Positions 25,773 through 32,000 of a DNA stretch of 32,000 nt are shown piece after piece (the stretch's first letter is position 1; each line of letters opens with the position of its first letter). The notes under the pieces were generated by a model. It did no database searches. It saw only the letters and a program-made list of their open reading frames with translations, and was not told the origin of the DNA. This DNA comes from Candidatus Pelagibacter sp. HTCC7211 (GTDB taxonomy: Bacteria; Pseudomonadota; Alphaproteobacteria; Pelagibacterales; Pelagibacteraceae). Location: contig NZ_DS995298.1 in the NCBI RefSeq assembly GCF_000155895.1, positions 1,320,001-1,352,000 on the forward strand, written 5' to 3'. Made by a program: the position numbers and the translations under genes.

Positions 25773-26344
25773 TAGTTTGTTACCACTGTTTCAAAACCTG
25801 GTTGGATAATATTAACTGAATTCACACCATCTGTTACTTCTAGATTGCCAGGTGTCATCCCAAGGGAATTGTTAGGACCTGGTCCAAGCAATAATACTGT
25901 GTTTTCATTTTTAGAATTTGCCAATACTACAAATTCAGTACCCCTTGCCCCTATTGCCCCTGTTGGTATCTTTATTTCTAAGTTATCAGGGTCTTTTTTG
26001 CTAATTTTTCCTGTAATAATTTTAATAGTTCCAGATTTGATATTTGACACGAATTTACCATCATTTGTCTCCGGATCATAAACAAATTCATCTATTTTTA
26101 ACTCAGAATCTTCCCCAAGTGTCATAACTGTTTGATCAAGAAACAACACTTGCGCTGTAGATTTGCTTCCAACAATTATAGTATCGCCATAAAATATTTT
26201 AGAACCATTTTCTAATTTTTGATTATTTTGATTTTTTACTTCTCCAACTCCTGCTCCAATAATACCTACAAACTCATTTGCAAATGAGCTAATTGATAAA
26301 AAATTTAAAAAGATAAAAATAATTATATGTTTAAAATATTTCAT
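25772..26344 (-). CDS. periplasmic FecR-domain protein
   Basis: 190 aa. Signal peptide (IIFIFLNFLSISSFA/NE). FecR-domain pattern: ENGSKIFYGDTIIVGSKSTAQVLFLDQTVMTLGEDSELKIDEF ... IKIPTGAIGARGTEFVV. No TM anchor or anti-sigma N-domain. Confidence 0.8.
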   Translation of the reverse strand: MKYFKHIIIFIFLNFLSISSFANEFVGIIGAGVGEVKNQNNQKLENGSKIFYGDTIIVGSKSTAQVLFLDQTVMTLGEDSELKIDEFVYDPETNDGKFVSNIKSGTIKIITGKISKKDPDNLEIKIPTGAIGARGTEFVVLANSKNENTVLLLGPGPNNSLGMTPGNLEVTDGVNSVNIIQPGFETVVTN

Positions 26345-27671
26345 TTAAATTTATTCGTTTAGTTAATCCTAAGCTTAAAAACTTTCGATCAACATCATAA
26401 TTTAGTATATTTGAACTTATATCAGAATGTTTAAACTTTAAAGAGTAAAATATACTATCATCTTTATTCATTTTTTTTACAAAAGGAATAATTTGATTTA
26501 ATTGACCAGAAAGTGAAATTGTTGATACTAAACTTTCATCTTTTCTATCAATTGTAGATGAAATAAATGTATCTTTAGCATCATAAGAATTCTCTAAATA
26601 AGTAGTCTGTAGCTTTAAAGTTCCATATTTAATAATTTGAGAAATAGAAAAATTAATTCCCTCTGAATTATAGCTATCATAATCTTTAGAAGAGTCTGTT
26701 TTATTTAAAATTAATTTACTACTGAGTTGTGTTGTTGGAGAAAAATTAAAATTATATCGAATATTACTTGAATAATTTTCAAAATTTTTGTCATCAGCTG
26801 CATCAAACGTATTTGTTTGATCGTAACTAGTGTTTGAATAACTAATACCATAATTGATATTATTTTTTTCATTAACAACATACGTATTATTAAAACCTGT
26901 TCCTTTTGTATTGTAGTCCTCAAGACGTCTATAATTTGGTCTAGAATAATAAATGTATGGAGAAAAGTAATGGTTTCCTAATACTTTAAAATAACTAGTT
27001 GAACCCGATATTATTTCACTGTCTCCAGTAGCTTTTTTATTTTGTGTATTAATATCTATTCCAAAATTAAAATAAATCGAAGAAGTATTATCAAAATTTT
27101 TCCCGAAAGTTATTGAGCTTCCTTTTTTGTGAATTTTATCATTTGCAACAATAAGATGATCATCAACTACAGGGAATGGAATTGACACATCGTCCTGTAA
27201 TAGTGTTTTTGTCTTTGTTATAGCACTTATATTATCTTCTCTAGTCTGAGTGTAAGTTAAATCAATATAAGAGAACCATTTTTTATTTTGTTCTTCAATT
27301 TGATCATTAGATAATAATTCTGCAATTAATACTCTTGTTTCATCTGTTGTATTAGGATCATTTAACATTGTTTGGATCATCAATTCTACCTTAACTTTGG
27401 AATCCATTTTTATTAATATTGATAATAAATATAATTTAATGTCAGAGTTTGAGGGATAAAGAATATTTAATCTTTCAAGGGTTGCGATTGTTAATTTAAA
27501 ATTTCCAGCTTTTTCTTGTTGTTTTGCATAGTTTAAATTTAATTCAAGATCAGTAGGATTATCGAGTATTTCTTTATATGAAATTTCTGCAAACACTGAA
27601 TTAAAGCTAAAAAGTATTAAGATTGTCAATTGTATGCAAAGACGTTTCATATCTAAAAAATTATATATCAT
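26331..27671 (-). CDS. outer-membrane protein: N-terminal TPR-like domain plus C-terminal beta-barrel (Slam/DUF560-like architecture)
   Basis: 446 aa. Alternative ATG at 27650 gives a classical signal peptide MKRLCIQLTILILFSFNSVFA/E. TPR-like helices span aa ~30-130. The rest is Tyr/Asn/Ser-rich with alternating beta-strand-like segments and a terminal Phe (...RINLNEIF). Confidence 0.65.
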   Translation of the reverse strand: MIYNFLDMKRLCIQLTILILFSFNSVFAEISYKEILDNPTDLELNLNYAKQQEKAGNFKLTIATLERLNILYPSNSDIKLYLLSILIKMDSKVKVELMIQTMLNDPNTTDETRVLIAELLSNDQIEEQNKKWFSYIDLTYTQTREDNISAITKTKTLLQDDVSIPFPVVDDHLIVANDKIHKKGSSITFGKNFDNTSSIYFNFGIDINTQNKKATGDSEIISGSTSYFKVLGNHYFSPYIYYSRPNYRRLEDYNTKGTGFNNTYVVNEKNNINYGISYSNTSYDQTNTFDAADDKNFENYSSNIRYNFNFSPTTQLSSKLILNKTDSSKDYDSYNSEGINFSISQIIKYGTLKLQTTYLENSYDAKDTFISSTIDRKDESLVSTISLSGQLNQIIPFVKKMNKDDSIFYSLKFKHSDISSNILNYDVDRKFLSLGLTKRINLNEIF

Positions 27672-27704
27672 TTTATTTAAGTTACTTTAGAACAATTTTT
27701 AAAA

Positions 27705-29714
27705 TTAATTTATAATTTTTATTCCAAGTGCTGTGATATCATCCCTTAAAGTATAACCTTTTTCTGTAAGGATTTTAGTTGCGTGGGTAATAATTGTCTC
27801 AGGTGAAGTTGTATTTAATTTTTTTATTTCGCTTTCAAGACCTGCAACTTCCAGTTCTTTACCTTCATCAACATACCCTTCTGTAACTCCATCTGTATAA
27901 ATTAAAATAGTTTTATCTGAGATATCCATAGTCGTAGTTTTAAAAAAACTTTCATCTTTAACTGGCATCAATCCCATTGGTGGTAGAGTTGATTTTATAT
28001 ACTCAAAGTTAAAATTTGGATCTAAAACCATCATTGGTTCATGACCCATATTAATAAACTCCATCTCTTTTTTTTCTAAATTTATTTTTCCTAAAATAAC
28101 AGTTATAAACATTGCTTGATAAGAAGAATCTTTTACTTGATTGTTCATATACAAAGCTGTTTTTGCAACTGATGACTCCATTTTTGCAAGTGATCTAAAC
28201 ACAGCTGCAGCATTTGCCATTAATATTCCAGCTTTAACACCCTTCCCAGTTACATCTCCAAGTATAAAATAGATTTCATTATCACTAACTTGATAATAAT
28301 CATAATAATCTCCTGATACATCCTTTGCAGGTGTATTTTTTGCAAATATATATTTCTCAATTTTTTTATTATTTGGGAATAATTTTTTTTGAACTTCTCC
28401 AGCAATTTCTCTCTCTTTTTTTAGTATCGATTGCTTTTTGTCATTTTCAATTGCGATAGAATTTTCCTCTAAATATCTAAAATATAATGACGTCATAAAA
28501 GCTAATGTTCCAGCAACACTTGAAAAAAGAAAATCTAAATAAAAATTAAATTGATAAATAATAATACTTGAAAGATTAATTACAAAAATTGAACCTACAA
28601 AAAATATAATACTAAACTTTGGCTTAATTTTCATAGGGATTAAAATTAAAAATATTAATAATAATAAAAAGATAATGTTTTCTGCTAACTGAGTGTAAAT
28701 ATTTTTAATAATGCTTTCATTTTTAAAAATGTTATCAATGATATGTGCATGAATTTCAACTCCAGGAACATATTTTCCATTAGCAATTTTAACAATATCA
28801 AAGAGTGCTTGTGCAGAGGATCCTATTAAAATTATTTTATTTTCAACTTTTTTTTGATCAAAATCATTGTTTGCTACATCAACAGCAGAGATATAATTTT
28901 CCTTAGAAAATTTGTTAAACTTCACATTAATTACAGCATTTTGATCGCTGGGAATTGTATTTTTTCTTGTCTTTATTAACTCAATTCCATTTTTACTACT
29001 TTTTACTAATAAATTTTTTTGACCTGTTGCAATCCTCACCGACTCAAGAGCTAACGAAGGCCATATTTTATCATCTATATTATAAAGTACAGGCACATTA
29101 CGAATTACACCATCTATACTAGGGATTAAGGAAATTGAACCAATACCACTGGCTGCACTACTAATTTCCTCAAGAGAAATTATTTTATGTTTAAATTTAT
29201 ATATAAAATTTTTAGGATTCTCTCCTTTGGCAAGTAATCTTAATTTAGGTTTAGAATTATTCTTTACAAAATTATTTTTTGGTTCGCCTAAAATAGGTAA
29301 AATTGCTTTTGAATTTTTTATACTTTCAATAAAGATCTTATTTGTATCTTCTACCTCTATATCTATTAATTGATTACTTTCTTTTTGTAATTGCTGCAGT
29401 AAATCTTTTGGGTTTTGCTTATCTTCCTCGCTAAATACTATATCAAATGCAATAGCTTTAGGATTATGCCGATTTAAGTTTTTTAAAATTTTTGAGTAAA
29501 TGTCTCTTCTCCAAGGAAATTGACCAACCTTAGCTATACTTTTTTCATCTATATCAACAATTGTGACATCTTTTACTTCGCCCCTATTAAATACTTTTTG
29601 ATAAAAATCATAATTTAAAAATGAAATTTTTTGAATAATAGGAGGATTAATAAATTTAATGATTATTAAAAATACAAAAATTACACTTAAATAAATATAT
29701 TTTTTATTAATCAT
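27705..29714 (-). CDS. CHASE2 periplasmic sensor domain - 3 TM - SpoIIE/PP2C phosphatase
   Basis: About 669 aa. N-terminal TM, then CHASE2-like region (VTIVDIDEKSIAKVGQFPWRRDIYSKILKNLNRHNPKAIAFDIVFSEED ... IILIGSSAQALFD ... PGVEIHAHIIDNI). A TM cluster spans aa ~345-415. PP2C motifs: VSGDYYDYY, LGDVTGKGVKAG, NMGHEP, YTDGVTE, DDITALG. The tracked start is TTG 29717. ATG 29714 gives a TGATG overlap with the pilD stop. Confidence 0.85.
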   Translation of the reverse strand: MINKKYIYLSVIFVFLIIIKFINPPIIQKISFLNYDFYQKVFNRGEVKDVTIVDIDEKSIAKVGQFPWRRDIYSKILKNLNRHNPKAIAFDIVFSEEDKQNPKDLLQQLQKESNQLIDIEVEDTNKIFIESIKNSKAILPILGEPKNNFVKNNSKPKLRLLAKGENPKNFIYKFKHKIISLEEISSAASGIGSISLIPSIDGVIRNVPVLYNIDDKIWPSLALESVRIATGQKNLLVKSSKNGIELIKTRKNTIPSDQNAVINVKFNKFSKENYISAVDVANNDFDQKKVENKIILIGSSAQALFDIVKIANGKYVPGVEIHAHIIDNIFKNESIIKNIYTQLAENIIFLLLLIFLILIPMKIKPKFSIIFFVGSIFVINLSSIIIYQFNFYLDFLFSSVAGTLAFMTSLYFRYLEENSIAIENDKKQSILKKEREIAGEVQKKLFPNNKKIEKYIFAKNTPAKDVSGDYYDYYQVSDNEIYFILGDVTGKGVKAGILMANAAAVFRSLAKMESSVAKTALYMNNQVKDSSYQAMFITVILGKINLEKKEMEFINMGHEPMMVLDPNFNFEYIKSTLPPMGLMPVKDESFFKTTTMDISDKTILIYTDGVTEGYVDEGKELEVAGLESEIKKLNTTSPETIITHATKILTEKGYTLRDDITALGIKIIN

Positions 29715-30475
29715 CAAAATAATAAATTTTTATATTGTTCTATAAATATTATATATAAAATGCACCCTATAATAATAAAAGGACCAAATGGAATTTCTGA
29801 TGAAAACTTTTTACTTTTATTTAGTAAACTAGGTAAAACAACAAACAATGCTACGATTGAAGAACTAAATATTACAAATGGTATTGCAATCCAACCAAAC
29901 CAAAAACCTATTGCAGACAATAATTTAGCATCTCCTAATCCCATCCCTTCTTTGTTTCTTAAAACTTTATATATAAAAATAATTGCCCAAATTATTCCAT
30001 ATCCAAATACCCCTCCAATTAAAGAGTTGATATAATTTGGAAATAGTTCATTTAAATTTGGATCAAAAGACTTTATGAAACCTATAAACATTAATGGAAA
30101 AGTAAGACCATTTGGAATTATATAATGTTTTAAATCAATAAAAAAAATTATAATAAATGTTAAGGCTAAAATTATAAACAACAGCGTTGTAATCGTTATT
30201 CCATAAAAAAAGTAAGCTATAACGAAAGATAAAACACTTAAAAGTTCAACAATTAGATATTGTATTGATATTTGCTTTTTACATTTCCTACATTTTCCTT
30301 GAATAAACAAATAAGATAGAATTGGTATATTATCATACCAAGAAATTTGTGTTTTACATTTAGGACAGTACGATCTACCAGAAACAACCCCTTTATCTTG
30401 AGGAAGTCTATAAATACAAACATTGGCAAAACTTCCCCAAAGTCCTCCCATTACAATGATGAAAATAAAATCCAC
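29714..30475 (-). CDS. pilD: prepilin peptidase / N-methyltransferase PilD (peptidase A24)
   Basis: 253 aa. Zinc-type CPKC...CRKC motif with SWYDNIPILSYL. Catalytic Asp contexts FFIDLKHYIIPN and GMGLGDAKLL. The tracked start is GTG. Confidence 0.94.
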   Translation of the reverse strand: MDFIFIIVMGGLWGSFANVCIYRLPQDKGVVSGRSYCPKCKTQISWYDNIPILSYLFIQGKCRKCKKQISIQYLIVELLSVLSFVIAYFFYGITITTLLFIILALTFIIIFFIDLKHYIIPNGLTFPLMFIGFIKSFDPNLNELFPNYINSLIGGVFGYGIIWAIIFIYKVLRNKEGMGLGDAKLLSAIGFWFGWIAIPFVIFSSSIVALFVVLPSLLNKSKKFSSEIPFGPFIIIGCILYIIFIEQYKNLLF

Positions 30476-30651
30476 TGAAGAAATAATATTTATTATATTT
30501 TAAATTGGCCCGCTATTTCAATGAAACCGTTTAATAACATTTGCACCACAACTACTGCGTCATGTAAATGAACATACAAATTTGGCGTATATAATATGAT
30601 TTCCATATTTGATAAATTTATCAAAAACAGGTTAAAATACTAGCTAATAAA
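30476..30651. promoter_or_regulatory. divergent promoter region between pilD (-) and the GAF-PP2C gene (+)
   Basis: 176-nt spacer. Possible sigma70-like TTGATA (30609-30614) - N18 - TAAAAT (30633-30638) close to the + strand ATG. A ~70-nt stretch (30506-30587) is noticeably less AT-rich than other spacers. Confidence 0.3.
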
Positions 30652-31944
30652 ATGCTCTTTTTTAAAACAAAAAAACCCATTCTAAATGAAATAAGAAATG
30701 AGGCTCAAGATAACGTTGACTTACAAATTATAAATAAAATGAATCAAGAGTTTGCAATTTCTCTTGATTTAAAAGAAACCTTAAATACAGCGCTTAAGAT
30801 AATTATTACGAGATTAAATGCACAAGCTGCAAATGTTTTTTTAATAAATAATAAAACAAAAAAATTTGAATGTATTGCATCTCTTAATCAAGAACACTTA
30901 GATGAATATCAGCTTGAATTAAAAGATGGCGTGATGGGTAGAGCAGTTGACCAAAGAAAATGTATCCGTGTTGGAAATGTTAGAAAAGATGTAAGAGAAA
31001 TAGCTGAATTTTATTTTGATCTAGATAATAAAACAAATTTTACAACTTATTCTGTATTATGTTCACCACTGATAGCTGCAAATGATTGTATTGGAGTTAT
31101 TCATTGTTTAAATAAAAAAACGGATGAAAAATTATTTATCGAAGATGATCGAAAACTTTTAGAACTATTATCTACTCCTGCTGCTCTTGCAATAAGAAAT
31201 GCGAAAATGGCTCAAGAAATGGTTGAGCAAAACAAGATTCAAAAAGAAGTTGAAATTGTTGGTGAAATCCAAAAATCTCTTTTATCTTCAAACAAAAAAG
31301 AACCTTTTCCGTTAGCAGGAATTAATATTCCTGCAAAAGTTGTGTCTGGAGATTTTTATAATTTTAATGACTTAGGTGAAGGAAAATATGGATTTGGTGT
31401 GGCTGATGTATCCGGTAAAGGAATAAAGTCATCGTTGTTAATGTCAAAAGCTTCAAGTTTATATAGCTGCTTAAGTAAAACAAATTTTTCACCAGGCAAT
31501 TTGCTCACTCAATTAAATAATGAAATATGTGAAACAATTTCAAGAGGAATGTTTGTAACTATGTTAATTGGAATTTATGATAGTAATTCAAATGAACTGT
31601 TGTTAGCTAATGCTGGTCACGAACCACCCATTATCATGGATAAAGATAATAATTTTTCAAATTTTGAAGAAGCTGGACCTCCTTTAGGAATAATAGGAAA
31701 GACAGAATACAAAGAATATAAGATAAATTTTGAAAAAAGCTCAATGTATATTTTCACTGATGGTATTACTGAAATAAAAAATCCTGAAGGAAATGAATTA
31801 GGATCAAAAGGATTTCAAAATTATATTACTAAATTTAAGGATAAACCAAATAATGAAAGATTAAAATTAATCATTGATAATGTCTTGGGTTCTAAATATA
31901 TCCAGAAAGATGATTTAACAATCGTTGTCTTAGACTCTAAATAG
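30652..31944 (+). CDS. GAF sensor domain - SpoIIE/PP2C phosphatase (RsbU/RsbP-like)
   Basis: 430 aa, ATG start, no TM. GAF-like aa ~30-185 (...ANVFLINNKTKKFECIAS...GVMGRAV...CSPLIAANDCIGVIHCLNK...LLELLSTPAALAIRNA). PP2C motifs: VSGDFYNF, VADVSGKGIKSS, ANAGHEP, FTDGITE, DDLTIVV. Confidence 0.9.
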   Translation: MLFFKTKKPILNEIRNEAQDNVDLQIINKMNQEFAISLDLKETLNTALKIIITRLNAQAANVFLINNKTKKFECIASLNQEHLDEYQLELKDGVMGRAVDQRKCIRVGNVRKDVREIAEFYFDLDNKTNFTTYSVLCSPLIAANDCIGVIHCLNKKTDEKLFIEDDRKLLELLSTPAALAIRNAKMAQEMVEQNKIQKEVEIVGEIQKSLLSSNKKEPFPLAGINIPAKVVSGDFYNFNDLGEGKYGFGVADVSGKGIKSSLLMSKASSLYSCLSKTNFSPGNLLTQLNNEICETISRGMFVTMLIGIYDSNSNELLLANAGHEPPIIMDKDNNFSNFEEAGPPLGIIGKTEYKEYKINFEKSSMYIFTDGITEIKNPEGNELGSKGFQNYITKFKDKPNNERLKLIIDNVLGSKYIQKDDLTIVVLDSK

Positions 31945-32000
31945 TTTTAAGAAAATCTTAACGAACTATAAGGCTTAAGATCTAAATTCGTATTTTCATT

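Noticed and set aside
25382-30035. ORFs 25382-25642 (+), 25845-26081 (+), 26711-26923 (-) and 29760-30035 (+)
   Set aside because: They are nested in or antisense to the secreted-protein, FecR-domain, OMP and pilD genes, and the translations are low-complexity.
31947-31961. Hairpin TTAAGA-aaa-TCTTAA just after the GAF-PP2C stop
   Set aside because: The stem is 6 bp with a single G:C pair and no following U-tract, which is too weak to call.
1-32000. Scan for CRISPR repeats, tRNA/rRNA, transposases, integrases, phage genes and known defence-system ATPases or nucleases
   Set aside because: I saw no regularly spaced direct repeats, no G/C-rich structured RNA-like islands and no recombinase or nuclease motifs in any ORF. 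The locus reads as chromosomal pilus and signalling genes, not a mobile or defence island.

Overview
Visibly AT-rich (not computed) and very gene-dense window; many adjacent genes share 1-4 nt start/stop overlaps (TAATG, TGATG, ATGA). Composition and Lys/Ile/Asn-rich proteins resemble a streamlined aquatic proteobacterium such as Pelagibacterales/SAR11, but this is inference only. Positions 1-3300 hold ordinary housekeeping genes: msrB, an HDAC-family deacetylase, a D-2-hydroxyacid dehydrogenase and an EamA transporter. The remaining ~28 kb is a near-complete type IVa pilus (T4P) locus: two tandem pilins, pilC, pilB, pilQ, pilP, pilO, a fused pilM-pilN, pilT, four minor pilins, an unknown secreted ORF, a 1384-aa pilY1 and pilD. 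The main finding is a signalling layer interleaved with the pilus genes. A STAS/RsbW-type partner-switching pair sits between pilA and pilC. Three SpoIIE/PP2C phosphatases with different sensor domains lie in the same locus: an ammonium-transporter fusion, a CHASE2 fusion and a GAF fusion. pilD heads an operon encoding the CHASE2 phosphatase, a TPR + beta-barrel outer-membrane protein (Slam/type XI secretion-like architecture), a periplasmic FecR-domain protein and an orphan Ser/Thr-rich secreted protein. No sigma factor, PilS/PilR or Pil-Chp genes occur in the window. I saw no rRNA, tRNA, CRISPR array, transposase or integrase. All domain calls are by-eye motif recognition on the supplied translations; no searches were run.
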